DNA from: Mobula hypostoma
Taxonomy: Eukaryota
Length of the DNA: 64,000 bases
Direction of reading: 5' to 3'
NCBI RefSeq assembly: GCF_963921235.1
Contig: NC_086097.1
Coordinates: 7,750,001 to 7,814,000, forward strand
Positions 13,387-26,340 of the stretch are shown here, in pieces. Position 1 is the first letter of the stretch; every line of letters begins with the position of its first letter. Below the pieces are notes generated by a model. It was not told the origin of the DNA, searched no databases, and saw nothing but the letters and a program-made list of their open reading frames with translations. The translations under genes were made by a program, and so were the position numbers.

Positions 13387-16300
13387 AATAATAATAAGTA
13401 CTATATTGATCCCAAGTGGGAAATAGTTTCATTACAGCAGCAACATTTAACAAAAACACACTTAGCATTGTGCAGACTTAACTAATAATAAAGTACAGAA
13501 TAATAATATACACAATAATAATTCACCAATGTGCAATAATTTGTAATAATAATGTATGAAGCAATAAAAACAGAGACTATTGTACTATGGTGTGAGTACT
13601 CCTGTCACACAGAGATGAACTGTTGTATATGTTTATTACATTTGGTAGGAAAGATTTTCTGTAACAATCCTTGTAACAGCAGAGCAGAATGACTCTGTTC
13701 AAAAGGGGGCTCCGCTGCTTATTCAGTAGGTCATGGAGAGGATGTGTAAGATTGTCCATCATCGATAACAATTTGTTTAGTGACCTCCTTTCCACCACTA
13801 ACCCAAAAGAGACCAGGTTGTAGCCAAGGACAGATACAGTCTTTTTCAATAGGTTCAATGGGTACATTTAATGTCAGAGAACTGTGTACAATATACATCT
13901 TGAAATTCTTTTTCTTTGCAACATCCACAAAAACAGAAGAGTGCCCCAAAGAATGACTGTCAGTTAAACGTTATAACTCCAAAGCCCTCCCCCGTTCCCC
14001 TCCCACTCACAAGCAGCAACAAGGCAATGACACCCCCCACCCTCCACCAGCAAAAAAGCATCAGTCCCCTCCACTGAGCACTCAAGTGTGCAGCAAAGCA
14101 TCAATAGAGACACAGACTTGCAGTATTCCAAAGTCTACTCATTCACCCGGTAATTCGACGTACCACAGGCTCTCTCTCTCTCTCCCTGATAAGAGAAAAC
14201 AGGTGTTCCAGCTTCACAGCTAGAAAGGAGACACAACAAACAACTCGTTGATTCATGATGTTAAAAAGTCATCTTCCGAGCTCTGCACCAGAGAGTCGGC
14301 CCCAGGGCTTAAGTCTCTGCGCACACAGCCCACGGCAGCTAACAAGCTGCTCATGATGTTCTGTGTTCTCCCACAATGCCCCACTAACCTTGAGTCAGCC
14401 CATCTCCAGAGCCGCAAAAATCCAGCACCCTGAAGGCGCACTAATTTTCCAGACTTGGGATATCAAAAAATAGTCAGTCATGAGGCCCTGAGAGGAGGTC
14501 CCATTCCTACAAAGAGTGTAACTCCAGGTCAGGGTCTTCAAAAGAACCTTGAAAGGAAAAAAAAAGAGATATCAAAGATAGAAAGAGAGCAGTTTCCAAA
14601 GATGCAAGCAAACGAGTCACCGTTTAGCTCCATCCTGACTTTGTTCTGCCCTCCCAGTGTAGATGAGGTTATTTAGGCTTTTTGCATCACCAGCACGGAT
14701 GCTGCTCCCCCAACATAAAGCAGCAAAGAAGACTGCTCTCGCTACAACAGGTTGGTAAAAGATCTCCAACATCCTGCTGCACACATTGAAGGATCTCAGG
14801 TTCTTTAGAAAATGGAGTCTGTTCACCCACTTCTTGTAAATAGCCTTGTTGTTGGCTTTCCAGTCAAATCAGTTGTTGAGGTGAACACCCAAGTATTTGT
14901 ACTCCTCCACCCCAACAACTTCTTCTCCCAGAATATATACAGGATTCGTCACAGTCCTCTTCCTCTTAAAATCAATCACCATCTCCCTGGTTTTGGCCAC
15001 GTATTCAGCAGGAGGTGATTCCTCCTGCACCACTCCACAAACTTGTCCACCAGTTCTCTGTAATCAGACTCCTGCCCATCTCTCATACACCCATCCACCA
15101 CAGAGTCCTCAGAGAACTTCTGCAAGTAACAGGACTCAGATTTGTACTGAAAGTCTGAGATGTGCCGTGTGAACAGAAATGAAGACAGGACAGTCACTCG
15201 TGGGGCTCCTGTGCCACTTGTCACCATCTCAGACAGAGAGCTACCCAGCTGTACAATCTGGGTTCTATCTATCAGGTAGTCAGTAATCCAGGAGAAAGTA
15301 GATTTGTCTACACCAATCCTTTGCAGCTTGTCACTAAGAGGAAGATGCTGGATTGTATTGAAGGCACTAGAGAAATCAAAAACTGTGATTCTCTCAATGC
15401 TAGCAGCATCATCCAGGTGGGAGAGAGCTCTCTGCAATGGGTAGGTGATGGCATCATCCACTCCCACATGAGGTTGGTAGGCAAACTGTAGAGGGTCCAA
15501 TGAAGATCTCACCTGCCGCCCAAGGTAAGTCAGGCCCAACCTCTCCATCACTTTCATCACAAGATGTGAGAGCAATTGGTCTGTAGTCATTAAATTCAGA
15601 TGGAGTCACATTCTTGGGTACAGGAACCAAGCAGGAAGTGTTTCATAGCACCGGTATCTTTTCCTGACTTAGACTCAGATTGTAACAGTGCTGCAAAGTA
15701 CCAGACAGCTGGCTCGCACAGGCCTTCAGTACCCCGGGGTTGATACAGTTTGGTCTAGCAGACTTGCCTCTCCAGCTGTCTTTTAACCTGACCTGCAGTC
15801 ACAGTCGGGCGGGGGAGGGTGGTCATCCCCATGGAGGCAGGAGACTCCAAAGTTGGGGAGTTTGGAACACAAGCACTCACCAGAGGGGAGCGAGGGGTGG
15901 AGGGAGAAGGCTTCAGGGGTAGGGATCATGTATGGTTTGGGCAAGCGGGGGAGGATACAGAAGGAGGTCCCATGCTGAACCTTGAAAAACAAGTACAATT
16001 CGTTGGCCCTACCCAGGTGGTCCTCGATCTTCCTTTCCTTAGCCTTGAAGCCAGTGATCTGCTTCATTCCCGACTACACGTCCCTTATGCTATTCTGCTG
16101 GAGCTTGTACTCCAGCTTTCTCTTGTAGGAGTCTTTGCACTCCCTCAGCTTTACCCTCAGTTCACTCTGTACTCGCCTCAGTACTTAACAGTCTTCAGAC
16201 TTGAAGGCTTTTTTCTTCACATTCAGAAGTCCTTTCAGATCACTGGTGATCCAGGGCTTGTTGTTGGTGAAGCAGTATTCAGTCTTGGCTGGCAAGATGC

Positions 16301-17060
16301 TGCCCTCATAGAATTTGATATAGTCTGTGATACAATCAATGATTTTGTTCATGTCCTCCGTGTGTGGCTCGCATAACATATCCCAGTCCGTCCTCTCGAA
16401 GCATTCCTGCAGTGCCTCATTAACAACCTGAGTCCAGCTCCTTACAATCCTTGTTGACACAGGCTGTCACTGGACGAGAGGCATGTCATGTACCTGGGTG
16501 TTAGCAGGACCAGGTTGTGATCAGATCTGCCGTGGGGAAGGGCAGCGGCACTGTCTGTGTCCTTTACATTCGTATACAGAAGGTCCAGTGTTCTATTGTC
16601 CCACGTAGAGCAGCTGACATATTGATAGAAAGTTGGTATTGTTGCCTAGAGAGAAACATGATTAAAATCCCCAGTAACAGCTACAAAAGCAGTGGGATAC
16701 TGAATTTGTATTCTAGCGATGGTCAGAAGAATAGCACTTCACCTTACATTTGCGTCAGCCGACAGTTGAATGTAAACGTCAGCTAAAACGGCAGTGGAGA
16801 ATTCCCGAACCTTTCATTCACAAACACTGCAATCCCTCCTTCCTTCTTCTTACCGCTCAAAGTAATGTCTCTGTCTGCTCAGAAGGTCTTGAAGCCAGGT
16901 ATGGTAGCACAATGGTCTGGAAAATGCATGTGTAGCCAGGTCTTAGTTAAGCACAAAACATTGCACTCCCAGTACTCCCTCTGGGTCTTAAACAGTTCAC
17001 CAAGATCGTTCATCTTATTTCTCAAGGACCTCACATTTCCCATGATCTGGTCCAGGTGAC
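13387..17060 (-). mobile_element. Rex1/Babar-type LINE with APE and RT domains, degraded, interrupted at about 13848-14660
   Basis: Minus-strand motifs CLTKTWL, GDFNH, SDH, LQECFERTDW, KPWIT, LDPLQFAYQP, DFSSAFNTI, KFSEDS, HPLHDLL; AT-rich 3' tail. Confidence 0.9.
13848..14660 (-). mobile_element. Non-autonomous retroelement inserted in the Rex1 copy
   Basis: Rex1 reading frame (LNNLI / KKTVSVLG) resumes on both sides; minus-strand head AGGATGGAGC and tail CTGACATTAAATGTACCCATTGAACCTATTGAA. Confidence 0.6.
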
Positions 17061-17061
17061 T

Positions 17062-18222
17062 TATTCACCTTGCCTTGCACATTTTCCTTTGTAATAGCAA
17101 TTACCCCTGCTCACTCCTGCTCCCCAACACATACGGACTTCTGGCACACTGCTAGTGTCTTCCATAGTGAAGACAGATGCAAAGTACCCATTAAGTTTAT
17201 TTGCCATTTCTTTGTCCCCCATTACTACCTCACCAGCATCATTTTCCAGTGGTCCAATATCAACTCTCACCTCCCTTTTACTCTTTATTTAACTGAAAAA
17301 ACGTTTGGTATTCTGCTTTATATTATTGGCTAGTTTGCCCTCATATTTCATCATTGCCCTTCTTATAGCATTTTTAGTTGCCTTTTGTCGGATTTTAAAA
17401 GCTTCCCAATCATCCAACTTCCTGCTCACTATTGCTACATTATTTGTTGTTTCCTTGGTTTTTATGCAGTCCTTAACTTCCCTTGTCATCTACAGTTGCC
17501 TACCCCTGCCATTTGAGAACATCTTCTTCTGATCCTGCACCTTGTGAACTATTCCTAGAAACTTTAGCCATCTCTGCTCTGCCATCACCCCCACCGGTAT
17601 CCTTCTCCAATTCAACTGGACAATCTCCCGCCTCATGCTTCTATAATTCCCTTTATTCTATTGCAATACTGATACATGTGACTTATGCTTCTCCCTCTCA
17701 AATTGCATTATGAATTCTATCATATTATCATCACTGACTCCTAAGGGGTCTTTTAAGTTAAGCTCCTTAATAAGATATGGGTTATTACACAACACCCATT
17801 CGAAGATAACCTTTCCTGAGTATGCTCAAGCACAAACTGCTCAAAAAAGCCATCTCGTAGGCAGTCAACAAGTTCCCTCTCTTGCGATTTGTCTCCAACC
17901 TGATTTTCCCAATCCCCTTGCATATTGATCTCCACCATTACAATTGTGTCATTACCCTTATTACATGCTCCTTCCAGCTCCCTCTGCAATCTTAACCCCA
18001 CATTCTGGCTATTATTTGGAGGCCTATATATGATTCCTATAATTTTTTTTTACCCTTGCAGTTTCTTAACTGCACACTGACCCTATATCATTTCTTTCTA
18101 AAGGTGTACTTTCATCTCTTACCAACAGAGCCACACCACTGCCTATGCTTTCTTTCCTGTCTTTTCGATGCAAAGTACATCCTCTGATGTTAAGCTTCCA
18201 AATTTGGCCTTCTTTCAGCCAT
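17062..18222 (-). mobile_element. CR1 LINE ORF2 (APE-linker region)
   Basis: Minus-strand ORFs LNGYFASVFT, ELVDCLRDGFFEQFV, similar to other CR1 copies. Confidence 0.88.
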
Positions 18223-19519
18223 GACAGATTCAGTGTAATTCAGATAAGTGCAATATTTTTTACATTGGGAGATCAAAGGTAAGATGAATTTTTAGAGTAC
18301 TAATGTGTAGAAGGATCTTGGGAGGCAAGATCCTTCACTAACCCACCCTCCCACATAGCCCACCACCAATACAGACTTGTTCTATTTCTGTAGAGGTACT
18401 GCATGCGACAGGACCTTCTAGCCCAGCAACCCACTTAATTAACCCTAGCCTATTCACAGGAAAACTTACAATGACCGATTAACCTGCTAACTGGTACGTC
18501 TTTGGACTGTGGGAGGAAACTGGAGCACATGGAGGAAACCGATGCACACAGGAGAGGAAAGTATGAACTTTCTTAGAGAGGACACTGGAATTGAATTCTG
18601 ATCTCTGACTCACTGAGCTGTAATAGTGCTGAGCCAACTGCTACACTACCTACACTACGTGGCTATGTGGCTGTGTTCTCTGTTCCAAATTCATTCAGAA
18701 ATACTAAAAGTCCTTGACAGATTTCTCAATCAGCTAATTATGGGGATGTGGTTTAGTTTGTTTTAACGTATTATTTTTGTTCTAATGAAAGGGATGAGGT
18801 TGTGCTTATAATGGCCTATGCCCGAATTGGCATTACACCAAAGAATGTACTGCCATCGTGCAAATATTTACATTTTAGGATTCAAATGGCTGTGATTGTA
18901 GGTTTCTGCATTTAATCTGTAAGTTTATATCACATGCACTCATTGGCAACTACTTAACATGATTTATCACATTAGAAAATTATTTCAATGCATTCATCCT
19001 GAAGTCAGTTTCCCTTAATTTGAAATTAGATCTCACATTTCTGTTGTAGATCTTACAATACAAGTTGTTCAATGGATATAAATTTACCCTTCTTGATGCA
19101 GGCACAAGAAAGTTGGCAGGAGATTCAGGAAGAGCTAATGGAGAAACAATCACAGAGATCTCTACTCGGATACCTGCTCTTTGTGATTTTATTTGGATGA
19201 GGAATCGGAAGGGTGGGTTAGTAAGTTTGCAAATGAGACAAAAGTTGGTGGTGTTGTGGATAGTTAAAAAGTTGATGGGACATTAATGGGATACTGAGCT
19301 GGGCTGAGAAGAAGCAGATGGAGTTCAGCATGGAGAACTGTGAAGTGATTGACTTTGGAAGGTCAAACTTCAAGGCCGGATGTTTAATGGTGTGAAGGAA
19401 CAGAGGGATCTTGGGATTAATATCCATAGATTCCTCAAAGTTACAGAGCAAGTTCATATGGTGGTTAAGAAGGTATACAAAGTATTGGCCTTTTTTAGTC
19501 AAGGGATGTAGAATATAGG

Positions 19520-21770
19520 TTGTAGAAGTCTTTTGAGATGAATTTTTAGAACACCTTGTGATTGAACCCACTAAGGGAACAACTGTTCTGGATTGGGTGT
19601 ATTTTATGACTAAGATTTGATTAGGGAGCTTAAGGTAAAAGAACCCTTAGGAAACGCGATCATAATATAACAAACTTCACCCCGCAGTTTGTAAAGGAGA
19701 ACTAAAATCAGATGTATCAGTATTACAGTGGAGTAAAGTGATTTACAGAGGCATGACAGAGAAGTTGACCAAAGTTGATTGGAAGAGCACATGAGCACAG
19801 GTGACAGCAGAGCATCAATGACTGATGTTTCTGGTAGCAACTCAGAAGATACAGTAAAATATATAGCAAAGAAGAAGAAGCATTCTTAAGGGAGGACGAG
19901 GCAACTATGGCTGACAAGGAAAGTTAAGGACAGCAGAAAAACAAAATAGAGGGCATATAATATAATAATAATTAATGGGAAAGGTAGAAGATTGGGAAGC
20001 TTTTAAAAACCAACAGAAGGAAACTAAAAAAAAGAGAGAAAATATGAAATATGAAGGTAAGCTAGCCAATAATAAAGAGAATACAAACACGAGGAATTCT
20101 GCAGATGCTGAAAATTCAAGCAACACACATTAAAGTTGCTGGTGAATGCAGCAGGCCAGACAGCATCTCTAGGAAGAGGTACAGTCGACGTTTCAGGCTG
20201 AGACCCTTCGTCAAACATTTTTTTAGATATATTGTATAAAGAATAAACGAGAGATGAGAATGGATATTACGCTACTGGAAAATGATATTAGAGAAGTAGT
20301 AATGTGGGACAGAGAAATGGCAGATAGCATCAGTCTTTGCTCTAGAATACACTAACAGGAAATGCGAGAGTGTCAGAAGGCAGAAGCAAGTGTTGTTGCT
20401 ATTACTAAGGAGAAAGTGCTTAGGAAGCTGAAAAGTCTGAATTAGATAAGTCACCTGGACCAGGTGGTTCAGAAGAATATAGCTGAAGAGACTGTGAGGT
20501 TGTGAAATTATTACTGATCTTTCTAGAATCACTAGATTCTGGAATGGTTTTGGAGGATTGGAAAATTCCAAATGTCACTCTTTAAGAAGAGAGGGAGGCA
20601 AGAGAAAGGAAATAGGAGGCCAGTTAACCTGATGTCAGTGGTTGGAAAGAAGTTATTAAGGATGAGGTTTCCAGGCAGGATAGACAAAGGAGAGTCAGTG
20701 GATGTTGTTTATTTGGATTTACAGAAGGCTTTTGAAAAACTGCTGCATGTGAGGCTGCTTAACAAGAAAAGAGCCAATGGTATTACAGGAAACATACTAG
20801 CATGGAAAGCTGATTGGCTGACTGGCAGGAGACAAAAAGTGAGATAAAGGGAGCCTTTTCTGATTGGCTCCCATTGACTAATGGTGTTCCACAGCAGTTG
20901 GTGTTGGGACTGCTTCTTTTTATGTTGTATGAATGATTTGGATGACAGAATTGGTGGCTTTGTGGCTATGTTTGCGGACGATACTAAGGTAGGTGGAGAG
21001 GCATCTAATGTTGAAGAAGCAGGGTGTCTGAAAAATAACTTAGACAGATTAGGACAAAGGACAAGAATGTGGCAGATAAAATATAGTTTGGTGAGCTGCA
21101 TGCTCATAAACTTCGGTAGAAGGAAGAAAGGTGTGGACCATTTTGTAAATGGGGAGAAAATTCAAAAATCGGAGGTGCAAAGGGACTTGGGAGTCCTCAT
21201 GCAAGATTCCCTCAAGGTTAACTTGCAGCACGAGTTGGAGGCAAAGAAGACAAATGCAATATTACCATTCATTTTGAGAGGACTAAAATAGAAAAGCAAG
21301 GATGTAATGCTAAGGCTTTGTAAGGCATTGATAAGGCCACACTTGAAGTATTGTGAGCAACTTTGGGACCCCAGTCTAGGAAAAGGTATGCTAGCATTGG
21401 ACATGGTCTAGATGAGGTTCATGAGAATGATGCCAGGAATGAAAGGCTTATCATTTGCGGGGCATTAGGTAGTTCTGGGTCTGTACGCACTAGAAGTTTA
21501 GAAGAATGAGGTGGGATCTCATTGAAAAATTTCTTTAGTCAGATGGGGGTGAAACTGTGAAATTCATTACCAGAGATGCTGTGCAAGCCAAGACCTTGGG
21601 TATATTTAAGGCAGAGGTTTATAGGTACTTGATTGATCAGGGTGTCAAAAGTTACAGGGAGAAGGCAGGAGAATGGGATTGAGAGGGAAAATAAGTCAGC
21701 CATGCTGGAATGGTGGAGCAGAGACGATGTGCCAAAATGGACTAATTCTGCTCCTGTATCTCATGGTCTT
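19520..21770 (+). mobile_element. CR1 LINE, degraded, carrying a Penelope tail insertion at 20090-20211
   Basis: VDVVYLDLQKAF, FADDTKVGG, QRDLGVL motifs; CR1 3' UTR. Confidence 0.92.
20090..20211 (-). mobile_element. Solo Penelope 3' tail truncated within the hammerhead core
   Basis: Matches the tail at 22667-22794; flanked by CAAACA direct repeat (20084-20089 and 20212-20217). Confidence 0.85.
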
Positions 21771-22763
21771 AAAGGGTTAAGTTCAAGAGCCATGAAGTAA
21801 TGTTGCAATTCTAAAAAATCTCTGGTTTGGACCACATTTGTAATATTGTGTTCCATTGTCTCATTATAGAAAGGATGTGGAAGCTTTAGAGAGTCTAAGA
21901 GGAGATTTACTACGATATTGCCTGGATTAGAGAGCGTGTCTTATGAGAATAGGATGAGTGAACGAGGGCTTTTCTTTTTGGAGAGAGGCCACTTGATAGA
22001 GGTGTACAACATGATAACAGGCATAGATGTAGTGGATAGCCAGATCACTTTTCCCTGTGCTAAGTCACCAAGGCAAGGGGATATAACTTCAATGTGTTGG
22101 AAGGTAAGTATAGGGAGATATCAGAGGTAATTTATTTTAACACAGAATGGTAAATTTGTAGAATGCCTTGCCAGTGGTGGTGGTGCTGGTGGCGATATAT
22201 TAGGGACACCTAAGAGACTCTTAGACAGGGACACGGATGAATGAAAAATGGAGAGTTATGTGGGAGAGAAGGATTAGATTGACCATGGAGTAGGTTAAAG
22301 GGCTGGCAGAAGATCATACATCAAAGAGTTAGTATTGTGATGTACTATTCCATGTTCTATGAACCCTAGTTGATCTTTCCACATCGGTTTTCACACCATG
22401 GTCATTAGCAACATGGTCTGCTATATATTCAGCTATTCGTCTTGTTGATCTGTGTGGCATGTTAGACTTGTTTGCTTGGATCTCTGGTGACCTATACTAT
22501 TTAAGCATTTCAGAAATTTCCTGACTGGGCCAACCTCTAACCAGTCCATTATGTTTTGTATGTTTCCCTGTTCATGAAGTGGACAATCTCTTTGTACAAA
22601 TGTAGCCATTTCAATATTCAGCACATTACAATGTTTAGAATATAAATGCAATGAAGGAATAAATGCAAACAACAGGAATTCTGCAGATGCTGGAAATTCA
22701 AGCAACACACATCAAAGTTGCTGGTGAACGCAGCAGGCCAAGCAGCATCTGTAGGAAGAGGTG

Positions 22764-22801
22764 CAGTCGACGTTTCTGGCCGAGACCCTTCGTCAGGACT
22801 A
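22764..22801 (-). ncRNA. Minimal type-I hammerhead ribozyme motif
   Basis: TAGTC-CTGACGA-AGGGTCTCGGCCA-GAAACGTC^GACTG on the minus strand. Confidence 0.75.
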
Positions 22802-23096
22802 ACTGAAGGAAGAGTGAGTAAGGGATTTGAAAGTTGGAGGGGGAGGGGAAGATCCAAAATGATAGGAGAAGACAGGAGGGGGAGGGATAGAGCTAAGTGC
22901 TGGACAGATGATAGGCAAAAGGGAATATGAGAGGATCATGGGACAGGAGGTCCGGGAAGAAGGACAAGGGGGGGGGTTGACCCAGAGGATGGGCAAGAGG
23001 TATATTCAGAGGGACAGAGGGAGAAAAAGGAGAGTGAGAGAAAGAATGTGTGCATAAAAATGAGTAACAGATGGGGTACGAGGGGGAGGTGGGGCC

Positions 23097-24233
23097 TTAG
23101 CGGAAGTTAGAGAAGTCGATGTTCATGTCATCAGGTTGGAGGCTACCCAGACGGAATATAAGGTGTTGTTCCTCCAACCTGAGTGTGGCTTCATCTTTAC
23201 AGTAGCGGAGGCCGTGGATAGACATGTCAGAATGGGAATGGGATGTGGAATTAAAATGTGTGGCCACTGGGAGATCCTGCTTTCTCTGGCGGACAGAGCG
23301 TAGATGTTCAGCAAAGCGGTCTCCCAGTCTGCGTCGGGTCTCGCCAATATATAAAAGGCCACATCGGGAGCACCGGACGCAGTATATCACCCCAGTCGAC
23401 TCACAGGTGAAGTGTTGCCTCACCTGGAAGGACTGTTTGGGGCCCTGAATGGTGGTAAGGGAGGAAGTGTAAGGGCATGTGTAGCACTTGTTCCGCTTGC
23501 GCGGATAAGTGCCAGGAGGGAGATCAGTGGGGAGGGATGGGGGGGATGAATGGACAAGGGAGTTGTGTAGGGAGCGATCCCTGTGGAATACAGAGAGAGG
23601 CGGGGAGGGAAAGATGTGCTTAGTGGTGGGATCCCGTTGGAGGTGACAGAAGTTACGGAGAATAATATGTTGGACCCGGAGGCTAGTGGGGTGGTAGGTG
23701 AGGACCAGGGGAATCCTATTCCTAGTGGGGTGGCGGGAGGATGGAGTGAGAGCAGATGTACGTGAAATGGGGGAGATGCGTTTAAGAGCAGAGTTGATAG
23801 TGGAGGAAGGGAAGCCCCTTTCTTTAAAAAAGGAAGACATCTCCCTCGTCCTAGAATGAAAAGCCTCATCCTGAGAGCAGATGTGGTGGAGATGGAGGAA
23901 TTGCGAGAAGGGGATGGTGTTTTTGCAAGAGACAGGGTGAGAAGAGGAATAGTCCAGATAGCTGTGAGAGTCAGTAGGCTTATAGTAGACATCAGTGGAT
24001 AAGCTGTCTCCAGAGACAGAGACAGAAAGATCTAGAAAGGGGAGGGAGGTGTCGGAAATGGACCAGGTAAACTTGAGGGCAGGGTGAAAGTTGGAGGCAA
24101 AGTTAATAAAGTCGACGAGTTCTGCATGCGTGCAGTAAGCAGCACCAATGCAGTCGTCGATGTAGCGAAGGAAAAGTGGGGGACAGATACCAGAATAGGC
24201 ACGGAACATAGATTGTTCCACAAACCCAACAAA
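23097..24233 (-). CDS. Penelope-like RT (C-terminal half) plus GIY-YIG endonuclease, uninterrupted frame
   Basis: Part of ORF 23097..24320; the first ~29 aa of that ORF come from flanking DNA; YIDD, LPFLD, YYKPTD and GIY-YIG motifs present. Confidence 0.9.
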   Translation of the reverse strand, partial: FVGFVEQSMFRAYSGICPPLFLRYIDDCIGAAYCTHAELVDFINFASNFHPALKFTWSISDTSLPFLDLSVSVSGDSLSTDVYYKPTDSHSYLDYSSSHPVSCKNTIPFSQFLHLHHICSQDEAFHSRTREMSSFFKERGFPSSTINSALKRISPISRTSALTPSSRHPTRNRIPLVLTYHPTSLRVQHIILRNFCHLQRDPTTKHIFPSPPLSVFHRDRSLHNSLVHSSPPSLPTDLPPGTYPRKRNKCYTCPYTSSLTTIQGPKQSFQVRQHFTCESTGVIYCVRCSRCGLLYIGETRRRLGDRFAEHLRSVRQRKQDLPVATHFNSTSHSHSDMSIHGLRYCKDEATLRLEEQHLIFRLGSLQPDDMNIDFSNFR

Positions 24234-24933
24234 AATAAATGCTTTAGGTTCCAATTTCTGGGGATGTGGCAGCCGTATAGTCCTAAAGCCAACTGCCCAG
24301 TCAGCATCAACACTTAACAACTGACAGGGAGTTTCCTACACTCCAGGAACTGGATATGCTGTTGCCATCACTTTCCATACCTGAAACCTTGGAGCAGATG
24401 GACTGCCAGACAGCACAATGTAGAACCAGCAAAGGGTATCAAATTATTATTTTTAACAAGAGACCTTTGTTTCTTCAATTCCAGAAATATATCTTCTCTT
24501 GGCATGTTTTTGGGAAACTTATAGTGTGATAAAACAAATATCACTGTGCACAAGTAGAAGAATAATAAACCACATTTGTAGAAAGGTGAAATAACATAAC
24601 CCACAATATTAACTTCAGTAAAAGGGCATGAGTTGACTTTTTCACATAAAGGCACAATTCAAGCTTTCTGGTCATTAAAGTGAGGTCTGCTTTTGAAAGG
24701 AATTGAATTATTTCCCACTCACTGCACCCAATATCAATACTCAACCACTCCCAAGCCAAGTATAGCACAGGCCAAATATCGATGTTAGCTCCATCCTTGT
24801 TTTTCAAGTGTTTCCTCATCAACATAGGACAGTTGAATTACTGTAGAGGTACAAAAGTAAGATGCCTTTGAGTTACACACATCGAAGTTGCTGGTGAACG
24901 CAGCAGGCCAGGCAGCATCTCTAGGAAGAGGTA

Positions 24934-24971
24934 CAGTCGACGTTTCGGGCTGAGACCCTTCGTCAGGACTA
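24934..24971 (-). ncRNA. Minimal type-I hammerhead ribozyme motif
   Basis: TAGTC-CTGACGA-AGGGTCTCAGCCC-GAAACGTC^GACTG on the minus strand. Confidence 0.8.
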
Positions 24972-25626
24972 ACTGAAGAAAGAGCTAGTAAGAAATTTGA
25001 AAGTGGGAGGGGGAGGGGGAGATCCAAAATGATAGGAGAAGACAGGAGGGGGAGGGATGGAGCCAAGAGCTGGACAGGTGATTGGCAAAAGGGATATGAG
25101 AGGATCATGGGACAGGAGGCCCAGAGAGAAGGAAAAGGGGGAGGGGGGATAAAACCCAGAGGATGGGCAAGGGGTATAGTCAGAGGGATAAAGGAGAGAG
25201 AGAGAAAGAATGTGTGTATGTAAATAAATAACGGATGGGATACGAGGGGGAGATGGGGCATTAACGGAAGTTAGAGAAGTCAATGTTCATACCATCAGGT
25301 TGGAGGCTACCCAGACGGAATATAAGGTGTTGTTCCTCCAACCTGAGTGTGGCTTCATCTTTACAGTAGAGTAGACCGTGGATAGACATATCAGAATGGG
25401 AATGGGATGTGGAATTAAAATTCCTCGTGTTTAAGTCCAGGACCAGCCTATTGGCTCAGGGTGTCTGACCCACCGAGAGAGAAGTTGTAAAGTTTGATGA
25501 CCACAGGCAGGAGTGACTTCCTGTCCAGGTCTTGGCTCCATCCTTCCCCCTCCTGTCTTCTCCTATCATTTTGGATCTCCCCCTCCCCCTCCAACTTTCA
25601 AATCTCTTACTCACTCTTCCTTCAGT

Positions 25627-25664
25627 TAGTCCTGACGAAGGGTCTCGGCCTGAAACGTCGACTG
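25627..25664 (+). ncRNA. Minimal type-I hammerhead ribozyme motif
   Basis: TAGTC-CTGACGA-AGG(GTCTCGG)CCT-GAAACGTC^GACTG; stems I and II pair; predicted cleavage after 25659. Confidence 0.85.
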
Positions 25665-25849
25665 CACCTCTTCCTAGAGATGCTGCCTGGCCTGCTGCGT
25701 TCACCAACAACTTTGATGTGTGTTGCTTGAATTTCCAGCATCTGCAGAATTCCTGTTCTATGCCTTTGAGTTATGTTAGCAACCTGAGGCATCCAGGTGT
25801 TGAACACTAGGGCAATTTGAAGGACAGTTTTTCAGTGATAATATTCATT

Positions 25850-26340
25850 AGTATCTGGAGTATTGCATACGGTTCTGGTCACTCCATTATAGGAAGGATG
25901 TTGAGGCTTTGGAGAGGGTGTAGAAGAACTTTACTAGGATGCTGCCTGATTAGAGGGCATGTGCTACAAAGAGAGGATGGACAAACTTGGACTGTTTTCT
26001 TTGGAGAGGCAGAGGCTGAGGAGAGATCTGATGAAGGTTTATAAGATTATCAGAGGCATAGATAGAATGGACAGACTCTTTTTTTCCCCCAGGGTTGAAA
26101 TACCTAATACTAGAGGGCATGCACTTCAGGTGAGAGGGAGTAATTTTAAAGGAGATGTGAGGGACAAGTCTTTCACACAGAGAGTTGATAGGTTCTTGTT
26201 TAGTAAAGATGTCAAACATTATGAAGAGAAGGTAGTGGAATGGGGTGAGAGGGATAATAAATTAGCCATGGTGGAATGGCGGAGAAAACTTGATGGACTG
26301 AATGGCCTAATTCTACTCCTATGTCTTACAGTCTTACAGT
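25850..26340 (+). mobile_element. CR1 LINE 3' fragment
   Basis: LGLFSLERQRLRRDLMKVYKIIRG motif; (TCTTACAG)2 tail. Confidence 0.85.

Larger units (their letters stand above)
22667..24233 (-). mobile_element. Penelope-like element (Neptune-type), 5'-truncated, with 3' repeat
   Basis: RT FLRYIDDC, Cys linker (C>R)KRNKCYTC, GIY-YIG VIYCVRCSRCGLLYIGETRRRLGDRFAEH...HF...H; AATAAATGC direct repeat at 22658-22666 and 24234-24242. Confidence 0.95.
24876..25759. mobile_element. Composite inverted Penelope insertion with captured Rex1 3' fragment
   Basis: Minus arm 24876-25420, plus tail scrap 25419-25432, Rex1 piece 25433-25522(-), plus arm 25520-25757; 14-bp direct repeat ATGCCTTTGAGTTA at 24862-24875 and 25760-25773. 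Confidence 0.88.

Noticed and set aside
15819..16376. 185-aa plus-strand ORF
   Set aside because: Antisense shadow of the minus-strand Rex1 ORF2
24234..24320. N-terminal ~29 aa of the 407-aa ORF as a real protein start
   Set aside because: Lies in or beyond the target-site duplication; chance in-frame read-in from flanking DNA into a 5'-truncated element
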